A stretch of 24,000 bases of DNA from an uncultured Actinomycetota bacterium (GCA_963740255.1 CAVUDO010000006.1:124158-148157), one strand, 5' to 3'; shown: positions 1-8,324, numbered from the stretch's first letter. The notes: generated from the letters alone by a model not told the origin. Made by a program: numbers and translations.

Positions 1-384
1 CATGGCCCGGGCGGCGAAGGCGTACGCCCGGATCCACGCGTCGCGGGTCTCCTCCGTCCAGGCCTCGAAGGAGTACTCGCGCACCGCCGCGAGCAGCGCG
101 TCCAGCAGCACCTCGTAGTGCTGCTCGACGACGCCGAACCGGCGGTGTCCCCGCCCGAGCCGCTGCAGGTACGGAAAGAGCAGGTCGGGACGTTCGATCC
201 CCTGCACGATGTGGATGATCGAGCTGAGCAGCCGGTCGCGCTGGGTGTCCAGCACGAGCGGAAACATGGCCCTGAGCCCGGGGTTCCGGATGAAGATCCG
301 GGCGTAGAAGTACTGCGTGACCTTCGCCGCGTGGGGCTCGATCGCGGCCAGGCTCTCCTTCAACAGTTGGGCATCGTTCGCCAT
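1..384 (-). CDS. Globin-domain protein, first 128 codons (3' end runs off the left edge of the window)
   Basis: Not in the supplied track because there is no stop in the window. My reverse-complement translation from ATG 384..382 gives MANDAQLLKESLAAIEPHAAKVTQYFYARIFIRNPGLRAMFPLVLDTQRDRLLSSIIHIVQGIERPDLLFPYLQRLGRGHRRFGVVEQHYEVLLDALLAAVREYSFEAWTEETRDAWIRAYAFAARAM. This is a globin layout: an FY..F...P.....F helix and an LG..H...GV proximal-His region. A GAAGGGG SD lies 5 nt upstream. The + strand ORF 118..411 is its antisense shadow. Confidence 0.75.
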   Translation of the reverse strand, partial: MANDAQLLKESLAAIEPHAAKVTQYFYARIFIRNPGLRAMFPLVLDTQRDRLLSSIIHIVQGIERPDLLFPYLQRLGRGHRRFGVVEQHYEVLLDALLAAVREYSFEAWTEETRDAWIRAYAFAARAM

Positions 385-583
385 CACGACCCCTTCGCAG
401 CGCATCGCTGAGCCCGACGCAGTCGCCGTTCCCGGGTCGCCACCTGGAACGTCGACGCCCCGACCGTACCGCCTGGAACGGGCGATTCTGGCCGGTTCCC
501 GGCACGGCGGGGCCGAAAGCGACAAGCCGTGACGTTCCGCAGTCGGCCCGTCGCCCTGAGTCTACGAAGGGTCCGAGGGTGGC

Positions 584-1369
584 TCAGCCGGTGGCCTGGA
601 CGGCCAGCACCGGGACGACGTGCACCCGGATGCCCCGGTCGGCCAGCGCGGTCACCACCGTGCGGGGGGCAGCCGAGTCGGTGACGACCGCGGTGAACGC
701 GGTCAGGTCGCAGACCCGCAGGGAGGCCACCCGGCCGAGCTTGTCGGCGTCGGCCAGCAGGTAGCGCTCAATCGCGCGCTCGAGCATGACCTGCCGGGAC
801 GCCACCTCCGCCGGGCGGAAGTCGGTGAGCCCGACGTGCGGGTGCACGCCGCCCCCGCCGAGGAACACCACGTCGGCGTAGACCGACGCGAGGAACTCCT
901 CGGTCGCCGGCCCGGACATCGCGTCCTCGTCGCCGTGCGGGGTGCCGGGGGCGAGCTGCACGTCCAGGCCGGCCCGGCGGGACAGCTCCTCGGCGGTGCG
1001 GGCCGAGGTGGTGACGGCGTGGCCGGTCAGGCCCGCGGGGATGGCCCGGGCCGCCTCGTAGACGGTCGTGCCGAGGTCGTAGAGCACGGTCTGCCGGGGC
1101 TGCACCAGGCTGGCCGCGAACCGGCCGATCGCCTGCTTCGCGGCCTGGCGCAGGCGCCGACGGCTCTCGTACGGCGGCTGCTCGGTGCGGGAGGCGCGGG
1201 TGGCGCCGCCGTAGATCCTGGTCAGCTCGCCGCGCCGCTCCAGCTCCTGCAGGTCGCGCCGGATGGTCTCCAGCGAGACGCCGAGCCGCTGCGCCAAGTC
1301 GTCCGCGCGGACCATGCCGCGGGTGCCCAGCGTGCTGACGATCTGCTGACGGCGCTGTTCGGGAAGCAT
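584..1369 (-). CDS. DeoR/GlpR-family transcriptional regulator
   Basis: 261-aa ORF. The N-terminal HTH reads QRRQQIVSTLGTRGMVRADDLAQRLGVSLETIRRDLQELERRGELTRIYGGA, typical of DeoR regulators, and is followed by a DeoR C-terminal sugar-phosphate-sensor-like domain. It is divergent from the hydrogenase operon. Confidence 0.9.
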   Translation of the reverse strand: MLPEQRRQQIVSTLGTRGMVRADDLAQRLGVSLETIRRDLQELERRGELTRIYGGATRASRTEQPPYESRRRLRQAAKQAIGRFAASLVQPRQTVLYDLGTTVYEAARAIPAGLTGHAVTTSARTAEELSRRAGLDVQLAPGTPHGDEDAMSGPATEEFLASVYADVVFLGGGGVHPHVGLTDFRPAEVASRQVMLERAIERYLLADADKLGRVASLRVCDLTAFTAVVTDSAAPRTVVTALADRGIRVHVVPVLAVQATG

Positions 1370-1724
1370 GAGGTCACGTCCGGTACGTGGGGGGTTCCGG
1401 TACCGAGTGAGAGTCCCACAACACGCGAGGGCCGCGTCCTTAAATTTCCCCAGCGTCCAGGCGCCGATCCGGGTGGATTTCTGGCACAGTCCTCGGTGGG
1501 CGCCGAGGTGCCCAAGGCTCCCCCTGGTGGAGTGGTCGGGCCATCTTCCGGGCCCCCCGTCCCAGGGGTTGAGCAGCGGCCGTCACCAGCAGGTAGCTGG
1601 CCGGCGACCCTAGGTGAGTGGCGCACTTACCGGGGCGGCGAGCCGGGTGCTAAAACCGACATTCTCCGGTCGCGCGGCGGGCCCGCCCGGGTACTGGCGC
1701 GGCAGAGAGCCTCGGAGGAGACGA
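1370..1724. promoter_or_regulatory. 355-bp divergent intergenic region between the DeoR gene and hhyS; promoters and operators presumed
   Basis: Contains CCGGTAC twice, 17 bp apart (1380..1386 and 1397..1403). CGGTAC (1381..1386) and GTACCG (1400..1405) can also pair. There is an unusually AT-rich CCTTAAATTTCC patch at about 1438..1450, a 6-bp stem CCTCGG/CCGAGG at 1491..1508 and a second AT-rich patch GCTAAAACC at about 1639..1647. No promoter hexamers could be assigned confidently. Confidence 0.4.
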
Positions 1725-2783
1725 ATGTCAACGGTGACCGAGAAGCCCGAGACCGACGAAACAGTGGTTCACATCCTGTGGATCAACGCCGGGTTGAGTT
1801 GCGACGGCGACTCCGTCGCCCTGACGGCCGCGACCCAGCCGAGCATCGAGGAGATCGCGCTCAGCGCGCTTCCCGGGCTCCCGAAGATCGCGGTCCACTG
1901 GCCGCTGATCGACTTCGAGTGTGGGCCCGAGCAGGGTGCCGACAACTTCATCGAGTGGTTCCACAAGGCCGACCGCGGCGAGCTGGAGCCCTTCGTCCTG
2001 GTGGTCGAGGGATCGATCCCGAACGAGAAGATCAAGCCCGAGGGCTACTGGTGCGGTTTCGGCAACAACCCGGAGACGGGCCAGCCGATGACCACCAGCG
2101 AGTGGCTCGACCGGCTCGCCCCCAAGGCGTTGGTCGTCCTCGCGGTGGGCACCTGTGCCACCTACGGCGGCATCCACGCGATGGCCGGCAACCCGACGGG
2201 CGCCATGGGCGTACCGGACTACCTCGGCTGGGACTGGAAGTCCAAGGCCGGCATCCCGATCGTCTGCGTGCCGGGCTGCCCGATCCAGGGCGACAACCTC
2301 TCCGAGACGATCCTCTACCTGCTCTACCAGGCCACCGGCCAGGCGCCGATGATCCCGCTGGACGACGCGCTGCGGCCCACCTGGCTGTTCGGCGCCACCG
2401 TCCACGAGGGCTGCGACCGCGCTGGGTACTACGAGCAGGGCCAGTTCGCCACGGAGTACGGCTCGCCGCTGTGCCTGGTGAAACTGGGCTGCTGGGGGCC
2501 GGTCGTCAAGTGCAACGTGCCCAAGCGCGGCTGGATCAACGGGGTGGGTGGTTGCCCGAACGTGGGCGGCATCTGCATCGGCTGCACGATGCCCGGCTTC
2601 CCGGACAAGTTCATGCCGTTCATGGACGAGCCCCCGGGCAGCAAGATCTCCGCGGCGGCGAGCGGGGTCTACGGCGGAGTGATCCGCAAGCTCCGCACGA
2701 TCACCCTCGCCACCGTCGACGAGGAACCGAAGTGGAGAAAGAAGGGCCGCGAGCTGGCCACCGGCTACAAGCCGCCGTGGTGA
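1725..2783 (+). CDS. hhyS: [NiFe]-hydrogenase small subunit, group 1h/5 type, no Tat signal
   Basis: Track ORF 1614..2783. I place the start at ATG 1725, which has a GGAGGAG SD at 1714..1720 with a 4-nt spacer. The protein starts MSTVTEKPETDETVVHILWINAGLSCDGDSVALTAA. FeS-ligand Cys clusters typical of small subunits are present: GTCATYGG, VPGCPIQGDN, GCWGPVVKCNVPKRGW and GGCPNVGGICIGCTMPGFPD. Confidence 0.93.
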   Translation: MSTVTEKPETDETVVHILWINAGLSCDGDSVALTAATQPSIEEIALSALPGLPKIAVHWPLIDFECGPEQGADNFIEWFHKADRGELEPFVLVVEGSIPNEKIKPEGYWCGFGNNPETGQPMTTSEWLDRLAPKALVVLAVGTCATYGGIHAMAGNPTGAMGVPDYLGWDWKSKAGIPIVCVPGCPIQGDNLSETILYLLYQATGQAPMIPLDDALRPTWLFGATVHEGCDRAGYYEQGQFATEYGSPLCLVKLGCWGPVVKCNVPKRGWINGVGGCPNVGGICIGCTMPGFPDKFMPFMDEPPGSKISAAASGVYGGVIRKLRTITLATVDEEPKWRKKGRELATGYKPPW

Positions 2784-2838
2784 TGACGCGGCACCACTCC
2801 CCAATCTTCGACGACGGCACCAGAAGGGGTCCGAAACC

Positions 2839-4629
2839 ATGACGGCCACGCAGGAAAGAGGCGCCTCCAGCGGCGCCGACAAGACCAATCTTGTCGAGAT
2901 GAACTGGGACCCGGTGACCCGCATCGTGGGGAGCCTGGGCATCTACACCAAGATCGACTTCGCCCAGAAGAAGGTCGCCGAGTGTTACGCGACCTCTTCG
3001 ATCTTCCGCGGCTACAGCATCTTCATGAAGGGCAAGGACCCTCGGGACGCGCACTTCATCACGAGCCGGATCTGCGGGATCTGCGGCGACAACCACGCCA
3101 CCTGCTCGGTCTACAACCAGAACATGGCCTACGGTGTGCGCCCGCCGCACATCGCCGAGTGGATCATCAACCTCGGTGAGGCCGCCGAGTACATGTTCGA
3201 CCACAACATCTTCCAGGAGAACCTGGTCGGGGTGGACTACTGCGAGAAGATGATCTCGGAGACCAACCCCGGCGTCCTGGAACTGGCCAACCGCACCGAG
3301 TGCAACGGTGCCGCCGCCCATGGTTACAAGTACATCGGCGACATCATGCGCGCGCTCAATCCGTTCTCCGGTGAGTTCTACCGCGAGGCGCTCCAGGTCA
3401 GCCGGTACACGCGCGAGATGTTCTGCCTGATGGAGGGTCGCCACGTGCACCCCTCCACGCTCTACCCGGGCGGCGTCGGCACGGTCGCGTCGATCCAGCT
3501 GATCACCGACTACATGAGCCGCCTGATGCGGTACGTCGAGTTCATGAAGCGGGTCGTCCCGATGCACGACGACCTGTTCGACTTCATGTACCAGGCCCTT
3601 CCCGGCTACGAGATGGTCGGCTACCGCCGCACCCTCACCGCCTGCTGGGGAAGCCTGAACGACCCGGACTACTGCAACTTCGAGTACAAGGACATGACCG
3701 ACTGGGGACGCAAGATGTTCGTCACCCCCGGTGTGGTCGTGGACGGCCGGCTGGTCACCACCGACCTGGTGGAGATCAACCTGGGCATCCGCATCCTGCT
3801 CGGCAGTTCGTACTACCAGAGCTGGGAAGACCAGGAAATGTTCGTCACGCGCGACCCCCTGGGCAACCCGGTGCACCGCGACCACCCGTGGAACCAGACC
3901 ACGATCCCGGCCCCGCAGAAGCGGGACTTCGACGACAAGTACAGCTGGACGATGTCGCCGCGCTGGTTCGACGGCACCGACCACCTCGCCCTGGACACCG
4001 GCGGCGGCCCGCTCGCCCGACTCTGGCCGACGGCGCTCGCCGGCCTGGTGGACATCGGCTACGTGAAGTCGACCGGCCACAGCGTGCAGATCAACCTGCC
4101 GCGCACGGCCACCAAGCCCGAGGTCAGCTTCGAGTGGAAGATTCCCCAGTGGAGCAACGCGATCGAGCGTAACCGCGCCCGGACGTACTTCCAGGCCTAC
4201 GCGGCGGGGTGCGCGCTGCACTTCGTCGACAAGGCTCTGGAGGAGGTCCGTGCCGGCCACACCAAGACGTGGGAGTCGTTCAAGGTGCCGGACGAGGCCG
4301 TGAGCGTCGGCTTCACCGAGGCCGTGCGCGGCGTGCTGTCGCACCACATGGTCATCCGCGACGGCAAGATCGCCAACTACCACCCCTACCCGCCGACGCC
4401 CTGGAACGGCAGCGTGCGCGACAAGTTCGGTACGCCCGGCCCCTACGAGGACGCGGTGCAGAACACGCCGATCTTCGAGGAGAACCCGCCGGACAACTTC
4501 AAGGGCATCGACATCATGCGGGCGGTGCGCAGCTTCGACCCGTGCCTGCCGTGTGGTGTGCACATGTATCTCGGCGACGGGAAGGTCGTCGACAAGATGC
4601 ACTCTCCTTCCATGCTCAACCAGATCTGA
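2839..4629 (+). CDS. hhyL: [NiFe]-hydrogenase large subunit, group 1h/5 type
   Basis: 596 aa. N-terminal NiFe-ligand motif TSRICGICGDNHATCS and C-terminal motif SFDPCLPCGVHMY, followed by a 21-residue tail (MYLGDGKVVDKMHSPSMLNQI) that is the expected endopeptidase-cleaved extension. Confidence 0.97.
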   Translation: MTATQERGASSGADKTNLVEMNWDPVTRIVGSLGIYTKIDFAQKKVAECYATSSIFRGYSIFMKGKDPRDAHFITSRICGICGDNHATCSVYNQNMAYGVRPPHIAEWIINLGEAAEYMFDHNIFQENLVGVDYCEKMISETNPGVLELANRTECNGAAAHGYKYIGDIMRALNPFSGEFYREALQVSRYTREMFCLMEGRHVHPSTLYPGGVGTVASIQLITDYMSRLMRYVEFMKRVVPMHDDLFDFMYQALPGYEMVGYRRTLTACWGSLNDPDYCNFEYKDMTDWGRKMFVTPGVVVDGRLVTTDLVEINLGIRILLGSSYYQSWEDQEMFVTRDPLGNPVHRDHPWNQTTIPAPQKRDFDDKYSWTMSPRWFDGTDHLALDTGGGPLARLWPTALAGLVDIGYVKSTGHSVQINLPRTATKPEVSFEWKIPQWSNAIERNRARTYFQAYAAGCALHFVDKALEEVRAGHTKTWESFKVPDEAVSVGFTEAVRGVLSHHMVIRDGKIANYHPYPPTPWNGSVRDKFGTPGPYEDAVQNTPIFEENPPDNFKGIDIMRAVRSFDPCLPCGVHMYLGDGKVVDKMHSPSMLNQI

Positions 4630-4653
4630 TCCACCGGGAGGCGAGAGGCAATC

Positions 4654-5235
4654 GTGATGGCTGAAGACGCGCGGAGCGTGGGCGAGAAGATCGAGGCGCT
4701 GCTGGACGACGTCGGTCAGACGGGTGACACCGTCGCGGCCGAGGCCAGCGCCGAACTCGCCCGGCTGCTGATGGAGTTCTACGGTGCCGGGCTGGCCCGG
4801 GTGGTGGACCTCCTGCGCGAAAGCGGCGATCACGGCGAGGAAGTGTTGATGAAGCTGGCTGGCGACGGTCTGGTCGCCAGCCAGCTCATCCTCCACGGGC
4901 TCCACCCGCAGGACACCGAGACCAGGGTGCTGGCCGCACTGGAGAAGGTGCGTCCCTTCCTCGGCTCGCACGCCGGCGGGGTGGAGTACCTGGGGATCGA
5001 CGACGAGCTGGTCGTACACCTGCGGCTGCAGGGCAGCTGCGACGGCTGCCCGTCCTCGGCGTTGACCGTGAAGATGTCGATCGAGAAGCAGATCGGCAAC
5101 GACGCCCCCGAGATCGCCCGGGTGGACGTCGAGAACGTCACCGAGGCCAAGCCCGCGGGCGGGCTCCTGCAGATCGGGTCCAAGCCGCCGCTCGAGCAGT
5201 GGAGCGAGCCGTGCCCGGTTCCGGCGGCACTGTGA
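4654..5235 (+). CDS. hhyE: NifU-like iron-sulfur protein associated with the hydrogenase
   Basis: Start is GTG 4654 or ATG 4657, after a GAGAGG SD. The C-terminal NifU-type module reads VRPFLGSHAGGVEYLGIDDELVVHLRLQGSCDGCPSSALTVKMSIEKQI (CxxC). The symbol is assigned from its position directly after hhyL and its domain type, from memory of the mycobacterial Hhy locus. Confidence 0.8.
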   Translation: MMAEDARSVGEKIEALLDDVGQTGDTVAAEASAELARLLMEFYGAGLARVVDLLRESGDHGEEVLMKLAGDGLVASQLILHGLHPQDTETRVLAALEKVRPFLGSHAGGVEYLGIDDELVVHLRLQGSCDGCPSSALTVKMSIEKQIGNDAPEIARVDVENVTEAKPAGGLLQIGSKPPLEQWSEPCPVPAAL

Positions 5236-6041
5236 CCTCGACCTCCGGCGACACCTCGACCTCCAGCAGTGCGGTGACGTCGGGTGACGCCGTAACCTCG
5301 GGTGCCCCCGGCACGGCGGGAGCCGCCCCGATGGCGGGCGCCGCGGTGCCACCGGGTGCCGCACCGGGCGGCACGGGGAGCCCGAACGCGATCCTGCGCC
5401 GGCTGCTCACTCCGAAGCCCGCGCCGAAGATGGGCGAGCGCTGCGAGATGTGCGGCGAGATGCTCGCCGAGAAGCACGGGCACGTCGTGCACCTGGAGAA
5501 CCGCGCGCTGATGTGCGCGTGCCGGCCGTGCTCGCTGCTGTTCACCAACAAGGGCGCCGGCAGCGGCCGGTACCGGATGGTGCCCGAGCGCGTCCTGCAC
5601 GACCCGGACTTCGCGTTCACCGACGTGCAGTGGGGCGAGCTGCAGATCCCGGTGCGGATGGCCTTCTTCTTCAACAACTCCGACGCCGAACGGGTGGTGG
5701 CGTTCTACCCCAGCCCGGCCGGCGCCACCGAGAGCGAACTCTCGCTGGATTCGTGGGACTCCACGCTCGGCGCCAGCCCGATCGCCCGGGAGCTCGAACC
5801 CGACGTGGAGGCGCTGCTGATCTGGCGGATCGGCGACACCTACGACTGCCTGCTGGTGCCCATCGACTCGTGCTACCACCTGGTCGGCCTGGTGCGGCTG
5901 CACTGGAAGGGCTTCGACGGCGGCACCGAGGCGTGGGAACACATCGAGGCCTACTTCGCCACGCTCCGCGACCGCAGCGCACCGCTGCCGCCGCGGGCGG
6001 ACGATCCGGCCCCCCCGGCCGGTCCAGCGGACGGTGGTTGA
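5211..6041 (+). CDS. Conserved hydrogenase-cluster protein of unknown function (DUF5947-like; probably what the literature calls hhaA)
   Basis: Track ORF 5199..6041. GTG 5211 is preferred because a GGAGCGAG SD ends 2 nt before it; 5199 and ATG 5331 are alternatives. It overlaps the hhyE 3' end. There is a low-complexity T/S/G/A/P N-terminus, then a Cys cluster CEMCGEMLAEKHGHVVHLENRALMCACRPCSLLF. High third-position G/C runs throughout. Confidence 0.75.
   Translation: MPGSGGTVTSTSGDTSTSSSAVTSGDAVTSGAPGTAGAAPMAGAAVPPGAAPGGTGSPNAILRRLLTPKPAPKMGERCEMCGEMLAEKHGHVVHLENRALMCACRPCSLLFTNKGAGSGRYRMVPERVLHDPDFAFTDVQWGELQIPVRMAFFFNNSDAERVVAFYPSPAGATESELSLDSWDSTLGASPIARELEPDVEALLIWRIGDTYDCLLVPIDSCYHLVGLVRLHWKGFDGGTEAWEHIEAYFATLRDRSAPLPPRADDPAPPAGPADGG
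5232..5303 (+). repeat. Four imperfect 18-bp (hexapeptide) tandem repeats inside the 5' end of the DUF5947-like gene
   Basis: ACCTCGACCTCC occurs exactly twice (5235..5246 and 5253..5264). GTGACGTCGGGTG and GTAACCTCGGGTG follow with the same 18-bp period. The encoded peptides are VTSTSG, DTSTSS, SAVTSG and DAVTSG. Confidence 0.6.
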
Positions 6042-6042
6042 G

Positions 6043-6684
6043 ATGTCCTCGGCGCTCTCGTTCTCCTGTACCGGAGCGCGACCCGAGCAGTACGCGTCCA
6101 GCCCCACGATGATCTTCGACCTCAAGATCAAGGAGAGTTCCGGCGTCCGGGTGCACACCGCGCTGCTCCGGGCCCAGCTCCGGATCGAGCCGCACCGCCG
6201 CCGGTACTCCGCCGAGGAGGCGGCGGGCGTCGACGACATCTTCGGCGAGGTGTCGCGGTGGGGCGAGACGCTCAAGCCGATGCAGCTGGCGATGGCCAAC
6301 ATCCAGACGCCGTCGTTCACCACCGAGATCGACGTTCCGCTGCCGGTCTCGTTCTCCTACGACATCGAGGTCGCGTCCAACAAGTACCTGCACTCGATGA
6401 AGGACGGCGAGATCCCGATCCTGATCCTGTTCAGCGGCTCGGTGTTCTACCAGACCGAGAACGGTGTGCAGATCGACCCGGTCGCCTGGCACGAGGAGGC
6501 GAACTTCCGCCTGCCGGTGGCCACCTGGCGGCAGATGATGGACCTGCACTTCCCTGGCCAGAGCTGGATCCAGATGCGCGTGGACACCGTCGACAAGCTC
6601 CGCCGGTACCGCGCCAAGGAAGCCGACCTGACCTGGGACCACACGATCGAGCGGCTGCTCAAGGCCGCGGGTGAGCCGACATGA
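6043..6684 (+). CDS. Conserved hydrogenase-cluster protein of unknown function (DUF6084-like; probably hhaB)
   Basis: Track ORF 6034..6684. ATG 6043 lies 1 nt after the upstream TGA (6039..6041); GTG 6034 is an alternative. The protein starts MSSALSFSCTGARPEQYASSPTMIFDLKIKESSGVRVHTALLRAQLRIEPHRRRY. It has good coding bias and no motif I can assign to a function. Confidence 0.75.
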   Translation: MSSALSFSCTGARPEQYASSPTMIFDLKIKESSGVRVHTALLRAQLRIEPHRRRYSAEEAAGVDDIFGEVSRWGETLKPMQLAMANIQTPSFTTEIDVPLPVSFSYDIEVASNKYLHSMKDGEIPILILFSGSVFYQTENGVQIDPVAWHEEANFRLPVATWRQMMDLHFPGQSWIQMRVDTVDKLRRYRAKEADLTWDHTIERLLKAAGEPT

Positions 6685-8324
6685 CCGCCGACGCCGACGT
6701 CACCCGCGCGGGCATGACCAGTGCCGAGGTGACCAGTGCCGACGGCGTCATGGCCGACCTCACCGCGGCATTGGACGAGGTCAACCAGATCGCCGACACG
6801 GTGCTGCTGGAGGGCTACCTGCTCTACCCGTACCGCGCGTCCGCCCAGAAGAACCAGCTGCGCTGGCAGTTCGGGGTGCTGGCGCCGCGGTCGTACGCCG
6901 AGCAGTCCAGCGAGAACTGGTACACCCGCACCGAGTGCCTGCTCGAACCCGGCGAGAACGCGGTCGTCCAGGTGCGGATGCGGTTTCTGCACCAGCAGAA
7001 GCGGGCCGTGGAGAAGGCCGTCGGGCCCGACGAGTTCGCGCACACCGACGAGCTGGCCGTCGACAACCGCCTGATGAGCGCCTGGGACGAGGGTGTGCCC
7101 GAGCAGGTGGACATCGCGGTGCCGCTGGCGTCGCTGCTCGCCGGCGAGCACGTCGAGCCGTTCGACCGGCCCGCCACCGAGACCGTCGAGCTGGTCACCG
7201 ACACCGAAGGTGTGGTGCACGGCCGCCTGGTGCGGACGTGTTCGCCGGTCACCGGCGTCATCCGGATGTCGGCGTCCCCCGTCGACGGGCCGTACGGCGC
7301 GGTACGGGTGCGGGTCGTGGTCGAGAACACCACCGAGTACGCCCCGGCCGACGCCGACCCGCAGCAGCGCAGCCGGGACGCGGCCATCCCCGCCTCGCTG
7401 ATCGCCGCGCACACGATCCTGGCCGTCTCGGCCGGCTCGTTCGTCTCCACGGTCGACCCGCCGGAGTGGGCCAGGGCCGCCAGCGCCGACAACGCGAACG
7501 AGAACACCTGGCCCGTGCTGGCCGGCCCCGAGGGCCGCAGCGACCTGATCCTGTCCTCGCCGATCATCCTGCCCGAGCATCCGCAGGTGGCGCCGGAGAG
7601 CCCGACCAACCTCTTCGACGGCTGCGAGATCGACGAGATCCTCAGCCTGCGGACGCTCACCCTGACCGACCGGGAGAAGGCCGAGGCCCGCGGCACGGAT
7701 GCCCGGGCCGCCTCGATCATCGACGGCATCGACAACATGCCGCCGGAGGTGTTCGAACGGCTGCACGGCGCGATCCGGTACCTGGAGGGCACACCCGGCC
7801 AGCAGGCCGCCGCCGGCCCGACTGCCGCCGGCCCGCCGGCCACGTCGACCGGCGCCCAGGCGGCGAATCCGTTCGGCGACCCGTTCACCCAGCCGCTGCC
7901 CGGCATGCCGATGTACACCGCCGACGGCGAGGTGACCGCGCCGGTGCCGGGTGCGGTGCCGGCCGCCCGCGACCCGTTCGCCGACCCGCTGCTGCCCGGT
8001 GTGCCGACGTTCACGGAGGTCAACGACGCGCCGTGGTGGGATGAGGCCAAGGAGGCCGCGGTCTCGCCGGAGACCGACACGATCCTGGTCGGAGGCGTCG
8101 AGGTGGGCAGGGGCACCCGGGTGATCCTGCACCCGGGCGGTCGTACCGACGCCCAGGACATCTTCCTGATCGGACAGTCCGCCACCGTCGAGTCGGTCAT
8201 CCACGACGTGGACGGCCAGATCCACCTCGCGGTCTCGATCGACGCCGACCCCGCCCGGGACATCCAGTCCTCGCACGGCCGGTTCCGGTACTTCCGCCCG
8301 GAAGAGGTCGAGGTGGCGCGATGA
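6681..8324 (+). CDS. Conserved hydrogenase-cluster protein of unknown function (probably hhaC), 547 aa
   Basis: ATGA overlap with the upstream stop (6681..6684). Conserved-looking N-terminal block LLEGYLLYPYRASAQKNQLRWQFGVLAP. A Pro/Ala-rich linker at about 7790..8040 leads to a compact C-terminal domain of about 85 aa (TILVGGVEVGRGTRVILHPGG...RFRYFRPEEVEV). Confidence 0.75.
   Translation: MTADADVTRAGMTSAEVTSADGVMADLTAALDEVNQIADTVLLEGYLLYPYRASAQKNQLRWQFGVLAPRSYAEQSSENWYTRTECLLEPGENAVVQVRMRFLHQQKRAVEKAVGPDEFAHTDELAVDNRLMSAWDEGVPEQVDIAVPLASLLAGEHVEPFDRPATETVELVTDTEGVVHGRLVRTCSPVTGVIRMSASPVDGPYGAVRVRVVVENTTEYAPADADPQQRSRDAAIPASLIAAHTILAVSAGSFVSTVDPPEWARAASADNANENTWPVLAGPEGRSDLILSSPIILPEHPQVAPESPTNLFDGCEIDEILSLRTLTLTDREKAEARGTDARAASIIDGIDNMPPEVFERLHGAIRYLEGTPGQQAAAGPTAAGPPATSTGAQAANPFGDPFTQPLPGMPMYTADGEVTAPVPGAVPAARDPFADPLLPGVPTFTEVNDAPWWDEAKEAAVSPETDTILVGGVEVGRGTRVILHPGGRTDAQDIFLIGQSATVESVIHDVDGQIHLAVSIDADPARDIQSSHGRFRYFRPEEVEVAR

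Noticed and set aside
1677-1686. Perfect 10-bp palindrome GCGGGCCCGC upstream of hhyS
   Set aside because: Pure G/C palindromes of this length are expected by chance at this base composition. There is no second copy or flanking symmetry.
1614-1724. Longer HhyS N-terminus (MSGALTGAAS...GREPRRRRMSTV), whose RRRR run could be mistaken for a Tat signal
   Set aside because: No SD precedes 1614, whereas GGAGGAG sits directly before ATG 1725. The RRRR run is followed by acidic residues (TEKPETDE), not the hydrophobic h-region a Tat leader needs. Group 1h small subunits are expected to lack Tat signals.
620-2842. 740-aa + strand ORF spanning the DeoR gene, the intergenic region and hhyS
   Set aside because: Its Arg/Gly/Pro/Ala-rich, low-complexity translation is typical of an off-frame read in high-GC DNA. 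It is antisense to a well-supported DeoR gene and out of frame with the motif-bearing small subunit.
2701-5364. 887-aa - strand ORF
   Set aside because: It is antisense shadow of hhyL/hhyE. The translation is R/G/H/V/D-rich with no motifs, and the opposite strand carries unmistakable NiFe large-subunit motifs.
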